The notes beneath the pieces were generated by a model. It had not been told where the DNA came from and did no database searches. It saw nothing but the letters and a program-made list of their open reading frames with translations. From Acidobacteriota bacterium (GTDB lineage Bacteria; Acidobacteriota; UBA6911; JACQSX01), in contig DASXQR010000201.1 of NCBI GenBank assembly GCA_036507075.1, positions 1-37,398 of the forward strand: a DNA stretch of 37,398 nucleotides, written 5' to 3'. Positions 17,254 through 26,699 of this stretch are shown here, piece by piece (within the stretch, counting starts at the first letter, position 1; each line of letters starts with the position of its first letter). Both the position numbers and the translations under genes were made by a program.

Positions 17254-17459
17254 CCTGGAATATTCAAAAAAAAATTTAACCGCGAAGAGCGCTAAGAACG
17301 CCAAAAGTAGCGCAAAAGGGCGGGGCTGAAATTTCGGTATCAGGCTTACAATTTGAGTTGGGAAGTCAAATTTGTAGACCTGATACCGAAGTTTCAGCCC
17401 CGCCCTTTTGCGCTACCCTTAGCGCTCTTGGCGGTTAAGTTTTTTGAATATTCCAGGCT
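17252..17459. repeat. 208-bp nested imperfect palindrome between convergent genes
   Basis: Outer arms AGCCTGGAATATTCAAAAAA / TTTTTTGAATATTCCAGGCT; inner GTAG...CTAC palindrome at 17307-17416. Confidence 0.9.
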
Positions 17460-17462
17460 CGC

Positions 17463-17975
17463 CTACTGTTTGTTTTCCCGGTCGGGTCTGCTCTCCATCT
17501 GAAGTTGGAATTTCCGGGCCTGCTCGTAGGCTTCGCCGGCCTCGCGCAGTTGGCCGGCATCCCGATGCAATCCGGCTTTCATCAGATAGAGCGCGAGCTT
17601 TGAGTCATCCTGCTTCAGATACTTGAGAGCCAGGTCGACGGCGCCTTGAGCGACAGGGAACTGCCGTTTTTCCGAGAGCTTCTGGATCACGCCATAGACT
17701 TCTCTTACCTCATAGATCTCGTAGTCGGTCGGCAACTCCAGATCGAATATCTTCTTCAGCTCCGGCAACACATTCTGGAACTTGTTTTCTTTGATTGCCA
17801 GGGCGATGACTTCATGCTGAACCGCCGCGGCGCGCAACCTGCTCATCACCACTATCCGAGCAGTCCCGTTGTCGTCGTTCTTATCCTTATCCTGCTGCTG
17901 TTGGGCCTGGACCATCAACGAGGCCGGCGCCAGCAGCAAGATGAAGGTCAAAATCAAACATCGCAGTAAACGCAT
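17463..17975 (-). CDS. Secreted helical (TPR-like) protein, third gene of the ECF operon
   Basis: Signal peptide, AAGGGG RBS-like motif, C-terminal TPR-like LYLMKAGLHRDAGQLREAGEAYEQA. Confidence 0.75.
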   Translation of the reverse strand: MRLLRCLILTFILLLAPASLMVQAQQQQDKDKNDDNGTARIVVMSRLRAAAVQHEVIALAIKENKFQNVLPELKKIFDLELPTDYEIYEVREVYGVIQKLSEKRQFPVAQGAVDLALKYLKQDDSKLALYLMKAGLHRDAGQLREAGEAYEQARKFQLQMESRPDRENKQ

Positions 17976-17986
17976 AACTTTTCCCC

Positions 17987-18478
17987 TTACCGTACCCGCG
18001 GATTCGAAAAAGGATTCTCAGCGCTGGGCAGCATGGCATCCAGAAAAGGATTCGATTCGTTGTTCACTCTCGTCTGGTTCACTCCCGCCTGCGCCATTAG
18101 AAACGGGTTTGAATCTGCGATTTTGGGAGTGTAACCTCGGTTCGCCAGCATTGTGTCAACATCGATTGCCGGCTCAAAACGCGCCAGGAAGGCAGAAAAC
18201 AGCAGTAGAAAAGCGAGCGCGATGGATGCCGGCGCGGGAAGCCAGGAAAGCCAGCCCTTCCGAGCAGATTGATCCTCCAGGCGGCTTTCAATTCTGGTCC
18301 ACAGAAACGGACTGGGCTCGATCACGGAAGCGCTGTGAAAGATGGAATCGATCTCGACGCAATTCACCATCAAATCCGCGCAGCGGGCACACTGCTGCAA
18401 GTGAGCTTTCAGCTCCAGGGACGGAACAGGTTCTCCGACCCGGCTAAGAATTTCCTTTTCGGCGTCTTGGCACTTCAT
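17987..18478 (-). CDS. Zinc-binding anti-sigma factor (ZAS/zf-HC2) with one TM helix
   Basis: MKC...HLQQCARC (HxxxCxxC), TM ASIALAFLLLFSAFL; overlaps the 3' end of the sigma gene. Confidence 0.85.
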   Translation of the reverse strand: MKCQDAEKEILSRVGEPVPSLELKAHLQQCARCADLMVNCVEIDSIFHSASVIEPSPFLWTRIESRLEDQSARKGWLSWLPAPASIALAFLLLFSAFLARFEPAIDVDTMLANRGYTPKIADSNPFLMAQAGVNQTRVNNESNPFLDAMLPSAENPFSNPRVR

Positions 18479-19067
18479 CTACCTTCTCCAGGTACTTTCC
18501 GAGAACATCCTTGGCGATCAGGCGCGCCCTGTAAATATCTGTCTTTACCGACAGAATCGATCTCCCCACAATCCGGGTGACTTCTTCGTAACTGAACTTC
18601 TGCACCACCGCGAGAACAAATACGTCCCTCAGCTTCACCGGCATTGTATTCAGGGCAAGCTGGATGTGCTGCTCCAGCTCCTGGTTAAGCAGGCTGTCTT
18701 CAGGATTGAGGCCCTGGCGTTCGTTTGGCAAAAAATTATAGTAGCCAATACCCTCATCATCAATGGAAACCTCAGACTTCCGCTTTAACCTTCGCAGCCG
18801 CTGATAAACCTCATTTCGTGCAATCCGGTAAAGCCAGAATTTGAACTGGCCCGGATCACGGAGTCTTGCCAGTTCGTGGTAGGCCTTCAGGAACGTCTCC
18901 TGAGTAAGGTCTTCCGCGTCTTCGGCACTCCCGATCAGCCGGAGAATAAAGTTAAAAATAGGCTTGCTGTAGAGATTATAGAGGGAATGAAACCCCTCAC
19001 GATCTCTGCTCTGGGCCCTCTCGACGAGCCTTATAAGGTCGTCTCTTTCCGGCTCTTTTTCGGGCAT
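18444..19067 (-). CDS. ECF RNA polymerase sigma-70 factor
   Basis: Region 2 DAEDLTQETFLKAY and FKFWLYRIARNE; region 4 FSYEEVTRIVGRSILSVKTDIYRAR. Start assumed at MPEKE. Confidence 0.93.
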   Translation of the reverse strand: MPEKEPERDDLIRLVERAQSRDREGFHSLYNLYSKPIFNFILRLIGSAEDAEDLTQETFLKAYHELARLRDPGQFKFWLYRIARNEVYQRLRRLKRKSEVSIDDEGIGYYNFLPNERQGLNPEDSLLNQELEQHIQLALNTMPVKLRDVFVLAVVQKFSYEEVTRIVGRSILSVKTDIYRARLIAKDVLGKYLEKVDEVPRRRKGNS

Positions 19068-19131
19068 GGACTTAGGATACGACACGTCACAGGTCCTTGA
19101 ACACCGAGTTGACCGGAAAGACAAAGCAAAA

Positions 19132-19158
19132 AGATGCCGGTGACCCCAAAAAGTTGCA
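19132..19158 (-). promoter_or_regulatory. Candidate autoregulatory ECF promoter TGCAAC-N16-CATCT
   Basis: AAC-containing -35 element, T-tract, 16-nt spacer, upstream of the sigma gene. Confidence 0.7.
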
Positions 19159-19341
19159 GTCATAAAAGCAATCCAGATCACATTTCCGCGCATCCCCGGG
19201 CGCTAGAATCTGTCGAATCTGGCTCAGCAAACAGGCCGTTTTCAGTGAATTCGCTTTACTGGTCGACGTAACTAAGCTATAAAATCGAGGGCGCTGTGTG
19301 CCTCTGAAGATGTAACGGCCTTCAGCACACCGGCCTACCCT

Positions 19342-20892
19342 ATGCTCCGGAATAAGCTTCAAATCAGGATTGGCACAACACTGGCGTGTATTGCGCTGGC
19401 GGCTGCACTGCCGATTCTGATTTTGAGAACCCGATCCTCCGCGCCGGCGACAAAGTCTCTGAAGTCTTTGAAGATGACTTTTTCTTCAGGGCCGGTATAT
19501 GGGTTTCTGGAATCGAGATCTTCCAGCATCAGTTCTTCCGTTGCCATTGAAAAAAAGACGGCGCCCTTGATGAGAGCGATAGCTGGCGCCGCACCAGGAA
19601 CGGCCGGTGTTTGGAAGCAGCCTCCGATTCGGCAGGAGTCAAGTTATGTTTTGGATTCGTCGCACTCGCCGGTGCGGCTGGAACCTGCAGAGAACGTGAA
19701 GAAGCCGGCGGCCCGCACCGTTGTCCCGCGCGGCGAAAATGATGACGATTGGGCACGGGCGCAGGCGGGTGATCGTGAAGCCTCTCGGCGACTGGAGCTT
19801 GCTGTTTTCGGGCTCGCCCCCCATCCGAATTCAACCGCACAAAACGGAATCGAAAGCCTCGTTTCTGATGAGAACCCCGAGACGAATCCATTTGTAGCCG
19901 CGATCCGGGACAATTTTGGGGCTCATGCAGCCAACGCTCCGCCTCCGGCGCAGCCGCCCGCCCCGCAGAAAGAAGATACGGCGATGGTGAAGTCTCCAAC
20001 GCCGCCGCCCGCGAGCAGCGGCCAGGAAACCGCTCCCACCGTTCGCACCGGAGTGGAAATGCCGGCTGCGGTGAAAAATCAAACCGTGCTGATAGGCGAT
20101 TTTGGAAGCCACCAGCTTCAAATCTTGAACGCGAACAAAACGGAAGGGCACTCGTTTGCGGTGGATGGCAGCGCGACGCCGATACGCTTTGACTCGGGTC
20201 TCGATTTGGGCCCGGTGCAAAGCTTCGTGTTCAGCCAGCCTTCCTCCCAGGATTTTCCCGACATGCTCATCATGGACCGGCGCTACGGACTGGTTGACAT
20301 TTACGCGGGGATCGCTTCAGGTAAGTTTGCCTTCAAAGACGGCTTTACGTTTTCCGGCGGTGAGGGTGAGATGGATGGCGCGGCTGCCGTTGATATCGAC
20401 GGCGATGGCGCCAAGGACCTGGTCGTCGCAACTCACATTCTCGCGTATGACTCCTCGAACCAGGGATTTCTGTACATTTTCCTTTCCAGGAACAGCGCCT
20501 TTACATTCCAAAAGCGTATTCCGCTGGCATTCCCCGCGGGCGGACTGTATTCGACACGCCTGGGAGAACAGGTTGGAATTCTCGCGGTCAATCAGACGCT
20601 GAGTTTCGGTGAGCTGGTCGTTCTGGACACCAATATCGCCGTAACGATGCACGCTGAAAACCTGACGCCTACCCGTCGACAGGACGCCAAGTTGAACTTT
20701 ACGGATGGTCGACCAGTCTGGATGCGGCTGGTGGAGTTTGCCGAATTCGGAATCGATGTGAATTTCATCGGCGCCTTTGAAGATCGGGACTTTTATCTGG
20801 TCGGAGTCCTCGATAACCTCAGACCTTTCCCATTCCTAGCGCTGGGCGATCTCGAGCAGAAGGGACAGCGGCGTTGCTGGATCCGTTTTTAA
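19342..20892 (+). CDS. Membrane-anchored protein with Pro-rich linker and C-terminal FG-GAP/VCBS-like repeats
   Basis: N-terminal hydrophobic segment, DIDGDGAKDLVVA calcium-blade motif and degenerate copies (LIGDFG, FPDMLI, ALGDL). Confidence 0.75.
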   Translation: MLRNKLQIRIGTTLACIALAAALPILILRTRSSAPATKSLKSLKMTFSSGPVYGFLESRSSSISSSVAIEKKTAPLMRAIAGAAPGTAGVWKQPPIRQESSYVLDSSHSPVRLEPAENVKKPAARTVVPRGENDDDWARAQAGDREASRRLELAVFGLAPHPNSTAQNGIESLVSDENPETNPFVAAIRDNFGAHAANAPPPAQPPAPQKEDTAMVKSPTPPPASSGQETAPTVRTGVEMPAAVKNQTVLIGDFGSHQLQILNANKTEGHSFAVDGSATPIRFDSGLDLGPVQSFVFSQPSSQDFPDMLIMDRRYGLVDIYAGIASGKFAFKDGFTFSGGEGEMDGAAAVDIDGDGAKDLVVATHILAYDSSNQGFLYIFLSRNSAFTFQKRIPLAFPAGGLYSTRLGEQVGILAVNQTLSFGELVVLDTNIAVTMHAENLTPTRRQDAKLNFTDGRPVWMRLVEFAEFGIDVNFIGAFEDRDFYLVGVLDNLRPFPFLALGDLEQKGQRRCWIRF

Positions 20893-20918
20893 GCGACTTT
20901 TTTGCCCCTTTTGCATCT
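20893..20918 (+). promoter_or_regulatory. Candidate ECF promoter GCGAC-N16-CATCT
   Basis: GCGACTTTTTTGCCCCTTTTGCATCT has the same architecture as 19132-19158. Confidence 0.65.
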
Positions 20919-20946
20919 TTTCATCGACCGTTTAGCCACTTTGGTC

Positions 20947-20976
20947 TTGACAGGCGGTTTTTTTTCTATCTATGAT
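20947..20976 (+). promoter_or_regulatory. Sigma70 promoter TTGACA-N18-TATGAT
   Basis: Near-consensus boxes upstream of 21125. Confidence 0.7.
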
Positions 20977-21124
20977 TACACGGCGATCATTATAAATTAT
21001 TGAAAAAGCAAAACTAAGAGCCAAAAAAGAGAAGACAAGGAGGTGATTGCACTCCGTTTGCGGTTTGTTATCAGGTAGGTCCTTCTTTTTCTGCGTTCCA
21101 CAATTTCAAAGGAGTCAAAACGAC

Positions 21125-21703
21125 ATGAAAAATCTCAGGATGGTTTTGTTTGTGCTGGCGGTCGCTATTGTGATGATGAGCGTCAACGCCTCCGCGCAGA
21201 ATTTGGGCGAAGTGGTGTACCAGGGGACGATCAACACTACGCTCAGCAAATCTCTGCTGTATCACTTCATAGGGAAAGTCGGCAGCGCCTTCGACACGGC
21301 GATGGCTCTTGTGAGTGCCCGAGCCGGCACGGGTACCGGTACGAGCGCCAGTTTTGCTACTGCTCCGACGCCCGGGACGTTCCAAATCAACCTGGTTAAC
21401 AGAGATGGAACCGTAGTGACAGCTCATTCTGACGCGTTGGATGCCACTGCCTTCAATCTGGTAACGGTTGGAACCCACAGGGGTCTGGTAAACACAGCCG
21501 CTTTCTTTATCAGTTCTGTTCTGGCAGGACGCTTTACGGGTGACTTCATCGGATATGGCGTTATCACGCACAGCTTCGATGTCGGTACCGGAGTTGCCAA
21601 CGTGATTGATTTTACCGGCGCCGGATTCAATATCGGCTATGTGCCGGCGCAGTTTGACAGGACGGCCACCACTCCCACTGTGAACACCAAGGGAGAGAAT
21701 TAG
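21125..21703 (+). CDS. Small secreted beta-rich protein (192 aa), single copy of the module repeated in 31743..34715
   Basis: AAGGAG RBS, signal peptide ending ASA, Thr/Gly/Ala-rich, with its own promoters and terminator. Confidence 0.82.
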   Translation: MKNLRMVLFVLAVAIVMMSVNASAQNLGEVVYQGTINTTLSKSLLYHFIGKVGSAFDTAMALVSARAGTGTGTSASFATAPTPGTFQINLVNRDGTVVTAHSDALDATAFNLVTVGTHRGLVNTAAFFISSVLAGRFTGDFIGYGVITHSFDVGTGVANVIDFTGAGFNIGYVPAQFDRTATTPTVNTKGEN

Positions 21704-21732
21704 AGCTTTCCGCGGTTTCGTTTTTGAGACAG

Positions 21733-21759
21733 GGGGGTGCTTGTGCGCCCCCTTTTTTT
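21733..21759 (+). terminator. Rho-independent terminator
   Basis: GGGGGTGC-TTGT-GCGCCCCC followed by T7. Confidence 0.8.
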
Positions 21760-21766
21760 ATTGCCG

Positions 21767-22540
21767 ATGAAATTCATATCTAGCGCCGCAGCAGTGCTCA
21801 TCTTCGGCGCCGGGCTCCTTTTTCCGGCCACGGGTGATGAGATGGCATTGAAGGCGAGAGCTTCCCGGTTCTACGCGCTTCAGATGGAAGGAAAGCGCAT
21901 TCTAGCCGCCGAACTGGTCGAGCCCAAGACGCGCGATTTGTTTCTGAGCGGCCGGGGGCTTCATTACAGCCGCTATAAGATCGATCGCGTCCTGGTTACC
22001 GGATCCGACACCGCCGAGGTTGAGGTAACCGTGGAACTGATACTTGAAATGTTCCCTCAACCGATCTCCCGCTCGGTCACAACCAACTGGAAAAAAATTA
22101 CCGGCAAGTGGTATTTCGTCGTTGATACTTCCGCGCTGGAGGCGTTTCGCAGGGGAATGGCCGCCATGCCGGCTGAGCCCAAAGCGGTGCTGGCGTACAA
22201 GCCTATCGTGGTTTTCGGCCAGGACGCCGAGATTCAGAAGAGCGTGCGCCTCCAAAACAATTCGACCGGCATGGTGGAATTCAGAATCGCGGGCTGGGAT
22301 GATGAGTGGTTTGATATTAAGAATCGCAGCGGCGAGATACCGGCAGGAGAGTATTTCCCATTGGTGATCACACTCAAGCAGATGCCTGAGCGTTTGGAAA
22401 AGAAGAGCATCCTGGTCGAAGGCATTCTGCCCGACAAGCAGATCCATCGGCTGGAGATTCCCGTCACGCTTAACGCTCCTGCGGCAGCGTTGCGTAAACA
22501 AATGCAGGACGCCATCCGCAAGTATCGCGCCGAGCACTGA
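21767..22540 (+). CDS. Secreted protein with NTF2-like N-terminal and Ig-like (ASH/BACON-like) C-terminal domains
   Basis: Signal peptide; WKKITGKWY strand; VRLQNNS...W...SGEIPAGE Ig-like pattern. Domain calls are by eye. Confidence 0.72.
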   Translation: MKFISSAAAVLIFGAGLLFPATGDEMALKARASRFYALQMEGKRILAAELVEPKTRDLFLSGRGLHYSRYKIDRVLVTGSDTAEVEVTVELILEMFPQPISRSVTTNWKKITGKWYFVVDTSALEAFRRGMAAMPAEPKAVLAYKPIVVFGQDAEIQKSVRLQNNSTGMVEFRIAGWDDEWFDIKNRSGEIPAGEYFPLVITLKQMPERLEKKSILVEGILPDKQIHRLEIPVTLNAPAAALRKQMQDAIRKYRAEH

Positions 22541-22541
22541 T

Positions 22542-22866
22542 GCCGGTGGCATGCCGCGCCATCTTATAAGACCGTAATGACCTTCCTCCCACAATCACAA
22601 TCAGCACCTGGATCGGTGATCTAAAGGGCGCCAGTTCGCATTACATCAATCACCAGACGGGTCGACGCGCCAGACTCAAGTGGCAGGAAGGCTACGGAGC
22701 GGTAAGCTTTGGCAGGAAAGATTTGGAATTTGTTTGTGACTACATCCGAAAGCAAAAGGAACATCATGCGCGAGGCACGTTGATCAGCAGGCTGGAATGC
22801 ATCCAGGATCCGGAGGAGGAGACGGCGGGTCTGAAGGCCGGCGGACAGAAAGAAAAAGGCCGTTAA
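22542..22866 (+). pseudogene. 5'-truncated, frameshifted IS200-like/RAYT transposase remnant
   Basis: Manual translation from 22582: LPPTITISTWIGDLKGASSHYIN...WQEGYGAVSF...VCDYIRKQKEHH, ending TAA 22864-22866. Degenerate GGMPRHL lies just upstream in another frame. Not in the ORF track. Confidence 0.85.
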
Positions 22867-23040
22867 AACGGCCTCGGGTATTGGTGTGGGTTGCGCTGGT
22901 GCTTTGTACCCCGGCCTGGGAAGGCCGGGGCTGGAACCCTTCGGGAAAGGCCGCTGGAAGCGGCCTTGAGACGGCCCTCAGGCCGTCTCTCCACTCCCGA
23001 AAATGTAGAAACTCCAAAGGCCGCTACAAGCGGCCTGAGG
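22857..23040. repeat. REP hairpin cluster downstream of the RAYT remnant
   Basis: Hairpins at 22857-22874, 22909-22930, 22947-22967, 22968-22989 and 23018-23036. Confidence 0.85.
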
Positions 23041-23060
23041 CTGGGTGACTGAAGCGCTCA

Positions 23061-23954
23061 TTACTCCCGCGGCTCGGGCATCGACGCAGATTCGGCCGAC
23101 CGCATTCCTTCAAAAAACCCCAGGCACCACCAGAGTGTCCCTTTCGCAATCAGCCACAACAAACTTTGCTCATTGCCTGATCTTGAGCCGCGAATGTAAC
23201 GTCTGCACACGCGCGCATATCGGTACAAGAAGAGCAGTGGCAACATCACCATGGATGCGGGAATAGCCGGCTTTACGCCTTGCCGGCGGGCGCGCCCGGA
23301 CCAGTATCCGACCTGCCGCAGGTGCAGCCGGGCGGCGACCCTGTCGCCTGAGGCAGGATGAGTGACTCTCATTTGAGGCGCCAGGGTGTAGCAGCGGCCG
23401 CGCAGTTTCATATTGCGATAGTTAAACAACAGGTCGTCGGCAGAGCGACAGTCTTCAGGAAATCCTCCGGTGTTTTCGAATTCACTCCGCTTCCAAAGCA
23501 TATTGCACGAGGGAATGTTCCACGCCGCATGAGGCAGGTTGGCTGCGTGGAACTGGCCGAATTCGATCCAATATCGGGCCGAGCCCCATCTGGTTTCCGG
23601 ATTTCCCGGATCCACAGGACCGCCTCCGGCCGCCAGGTGCCCAGGGAATTGCTCAATGGCCAGCCGCCAGCCCTCTTGAACCACAACATCGGAATCCACG
23701 AAGGCGATCCAGTCGTGGCGCGACTTTTGGAAGCCGATATTTCTCGCCGCGCCCGGATATAAACGTTGTGGACGCAGCTCCCATTGCACCCTCGCGAATT
23801 TCCGCCGCAACTCATCCGGCGCCGCCTGCCCGGAGCTGTCCACCACAATCACTTCATCCTGATCCCGGGAAAGTTCCCGGTCCAGGGCCTCCAGGCATTT
23901 GCCGATGAACGCCCAAGACTTGTAGGAGGGAATTACCACCGAAATTGATTTCAT
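23061..23954 (-). CDS. Glycosyltransferase family 2
   Basis: ISVVIPSY, VIVVD, GAARNIG and FVDSD motifs. Start moved to the ATGA overlap at 23954. Confidence 0.88.
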   Translation of the reverse strand: MKSISVVIPSYKSWAFIGKCLEALDRELSRDQDEVIVVDSSGQAAPDELRRKFARVQWELRPQRLYPGAARNIGFQKSRHDWIAFVDSDVVVQEGWRLAIEQFPGHLAAGGGPVDPGNPETRWGSARYWIEFGQFHAANLPHAAWNIPSCNMLWKRSEFENTGGFPEDCRSADDLLFNYRNMKLRGRCYTLAPQMRVTHPASGDRVAARLHLRQVGYWSGRARRQGVKPAIPASMVMLPLLFLYRYARVCRRYIRGSRSGNEQSLLWLIAKGTLWWCLGFFEGMRSAESASMPEPRE

Positions 23955-24829
23955 GTAAGCCGGACTTTGAAGCCTTCCCGGTAGCCGTTCCATCGAACTT
24001 TCAGGTCGTTCCATCGAAAACTTAGAAGGCAGGACAGCAGGCTGGCGCAGGCGAATAAAGAGAACTTGCACCATCGCAGAGGCGTGCCATGCTTTCGCAA
24101 AAAGACAATCGCGTTGCGGCGCACATAATGCGTTTTGAGGCGACCGCGATCCTGGTTCTTCCAGGCGTGCCCGCCGGCGTGACGGGCGCGTGCTTCGGGC
24201 ACAAAGAGGATTTCTTTTCCCGTTTTTCCTATCCGGTAAGCCAGATCGATTTCTTCCATGTACATAAAGTAATCGGTGTCCAGCATGCCCACCTGTTTCA
24301 GAACCGAGCAATGCGTGAGAAGCATGCACCCCAGAAGCGCATCAACGCGGCGGGCATGCGAGTAGGTTTCCGAATCCAGATCCCCCTCCCCGATCATCGT
24401 GCAGACTACATGGTGAAAGCGGATCTTTCCCCAGGCTGCGTCCAGCTTGTTTGGGTCGTCCAGCAGCAGGACTTTTGGGCCCAGCAGGCCCGCATTCGCA
24501 TGCCAGCGCTCCACCAGCCGGCCCACCGCATCGTGTTCCACGATCACGTCATTGTTCATCAGCAGCACCAGGCCCGGTTGTTTCTCGCAGGCTTTTTGCA
24601 GGCCCCGGTTCAAAGCGGCGGCATATCCGAGGTTCGCCTGATGGCGCAGTAGAGTTACTTGCGGGAATCGCCGGGCGGCGGTTTCGGCTGAGCCATCTTC
24701 CGATGCGTTGTCAATCAGGTAAATCAGGCCCGGCACAACCGAGCCTCGAACCAGCGAATCAAGGCAACTCAAAACCAGCTCACCGCCATTTCGATTCACA
24801 ATGATGGCAGCGAGATTTTGATTCAGCAC
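23951..24829 (-). CDS. Glycosyltransferase family 2 (WbbL/rhamnosyltransferase-like)
   Basis: IIVNRNG, IDNASEDGS, NLGYAAALNRG, MNND and YFMYMEEIDL motifs. Confidence 0.9.
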   Translation of the reverse strand: MLNQNLAAIIVNRNGGELVLSCLDSLVRGSVVPGLIYLIDNASEDGSAETAARRFPQVTLLRHQANLGYAAALNRGLQKACEKQPGLVLLMNNDVIVEHDAVGRLVERWHANAGLLGPKVLLLDDPNKLDAAWGKIRFHHVVCTMIGEGDLDSETYSHARRVDALLGCMLLTHCSVLKQVGMLDTDYFMYMEEIDLAYRIGKTGKEILFVPEARARHAGGHAWKNQDRGRLKTHYVRRNAIVFLRKHGTPLRWCKFSLFACASLLSCLLSFRWNDLKVRWNGYREGFKVRLT

Positions 24830-25791
24830 TGTTCCAATAAATGCTGCAGGCGTCGAGCCGAGATTTTCGCCGAGCTTTGTATCGCTTTTCGGTCCGGAAG
24901 CACCGACCGGATTTCCCGCAATCCCAGGTAAACGCCCTTCATAAAGGCGCCCACCTGCCCGGTCTTGATTAAATGGAACGCGAAACTTTTCACGAAGCCT
25001 CCCGCGATTCTGGGAAAGTAGCGCAGCAGCAGGAAAGCCGGATAATTCTTTGCCAGCAGCAAAACGCGATTGCGGGTAATCCAGATGGTGCGCGCAGTGG
25101 TGTGCGGATTGGGACTACTGCCGGTGCGGCCGGGATCCGACTGAGCCTCCATGTGGTAGACAACAGCCGCAGGGAGAAAATGGCAGGGAATTCCGATCAG
25201 TTGGGCGCGCAGACTCAAGTCGACGTCTTCCAGGTACATGAAAAACCTCTCATCGAAGAGTCCAACCTTCTGAAAAAACTCGGCGCGGTAAGCCGAAGCT
25301 CCGCCGCTGGCGCCGAAAACGGTGCGATGCACCGAGTACGCGGCTGCATCCTTTTCCGCGGATCCGATTTTATAGGGAATTCCTCCACGAGTGAGACAAT
25401 CTCCGGCGCCATCGATAATTTCGTGATCAAAGAAATTCAACATTTTGCATGCGCAAAACAATGCTTCGGGATGGGCCAGGAAGAAATCGCGGATCACTTC
25501 AATCCAGGTTTTGACGACCTGTGTATCGTTGTTAAGCAGCAAAATCAGATCGGCGGCACTGCACGCCTGGATGCCGCGGTTCACGGCGTACCCAAAACCG
25601 AAATTTTTCCCCAGCTTCAGCAGCATCAGGCCGGGGTACTCCGATTCCGCCACCGTGAGCGATCCATCCGTAGACCCATTGTCTGCCACGATCACCTGGT
25701 CTGCCGGAACAGTCTGGGCCCTTAATGACCGAAGACAGACCGGCAAGAGCGCCTCTCCGTTCCAGTTAGGGATGATTACCGAGACTCTCAT
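24823..25791 (-). CDS. Glycosyltransferase family 2 (WbbL-like)
   Basis: VIIPNWNG, DNGSTDGS, LNNDT and FDERFFMYLEDVDL motifs. Confidence 0.9.
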   Translation of the reverse strand: MRVSVIIPNWNGEALLPVCLRSLRAQTVPADQVIVADNGSTDGSLTVAESEYPGLMLLKLGKNFGFGYAVNRGIQACSAADLILLLNNDTQVVKTWIEVIRDFFLAHPEALFCACKMLNFFDHEIIDGAGDCLTRGGIPYKIGSAEKDAAAYSVHRTVFGASGGASAYRAEFFQKVGLFDERFFMYLEDVDLSLRAQLIGIPCHFLPAAVVYHMEAQSDPGRTGSSPNPHTTARTIWITRNRVLLLAKNYPAFLLLRYFPRIAGGFVKSFAFHLIKTGQVGAFMKGVYLGLREIRSVLPDRKAIQSSAKISARRLQHLLEQC

Positions 25792-26699
25792 CAGGTTTGC
25801 GTGAACTGACCGGATGCGGCAATCAGACCACGCATGTAATGATAGGTCATAAGATCGGGATAATAGCGGGAGAAGTCAAGAGATGGAAACCGCTCTTCCA
25901 GGGAACAAACCTTGGTAAGAAGATTCAACAGCAGCCGCCTCGAAGCGGAAGGGAAAACAATGTCTGCTCCCAGAAACTCCCGCAGCTCGGGGTGTTTCCT
26001 GTAGAAGTAGGGAGCATACTGGCCGACGCGAAACTGGCGCTCGCAGAAAGACTCAAAGGAGGTCGGGTGCAGGTGCTCGGCCAAAGCCGTCCGTTGGAAA
26101 ACGATTTTTCCTCCCCCCTGCTTCAACCGGTAACCATACTCAGTATCTTCCCACCCGGCAGTGCCGAATGACTCGTCAAACGGCCCTATGGCGTCGAACA
26201 AAGAGCGCTGCAACGAAATATTTGACGTGTAAAAGAAGTTGAAAGGAACATTTTCCGGATCTTCAATCAGGGAGTAACCAAACTGCCACCCCTCTTCGCC
26301 CAGGTACTTCATGAAGCGCGTTATCCGCAATTCTGAAGACCAGACCGTGTAACCCAGAACGGCCGTTATGTCCGGGTGGCGCCGGTGCGCCTCCACGTGC
26401 TGCTCGAGAAACTCGGGAGAGGCGATGATGTCATCGCCAAGAAAAAGAATCCGATGTCCTCTGGAATAGGAAACCCCGAGATTGCGCGCCGCCGCGGGCT
26501 TTTTGTTCTCCTGGCGAAAGTGACGGAGTTCAAATCTATTGCTGTGCCATGAATTGAGCAAATCAGACGTTTGGTCGGTTGATCCGTCGTCCACCACGAT
26601 GACTTCGAATTCGGAACTGGAAGTCTGAACCTCAAGGGCATTCAGGCATCGGCGCAAAATCTCCGCCCGATTGAAAGTCGGGATCACAAAAGACCACAT
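25791..26699 (-). CDS. Glycosyltransferase family 2
   Basis: VIPTFNR, VVDDGSTD, AARNLG, FLGDD and GWEDTE motifs. Confidence 0.9.
   Translation of the reverse strand: MWSFVIPTFNRAEILRRCLNALEVQTSSSEFEVIVVDDGSTDQTSDLLNSWHSNRFELRHFRQENKKPAAARNLGVSYSRGHRILFLGDDIIASPEFLEQHVEAHRRHPDITAVLGYTVWSSELRITRFMKYLGEEGWQFGYSLIEDPENVPFNFFYTSNISLQRSLFDAIGPFDESFGTAGWEDTEYGYRLKQGGGKIVFQRTALAEHLHPTSFESFCERQFRVGQYAPYFYRKHPELREFLGADIVFPSASRRLLLNLLTKVCSLEERFPSLDFSRYYPDLMTYHYMRGLIAASGQFTQT

Noticed and set aside
23955..24329. 125-aa N-terminal extension of the last GT2
   Set aside because: Overlaps the upstream GT2 gene; the ATGA-coupled start at 23954 gives a normal GT2 N-terminus.
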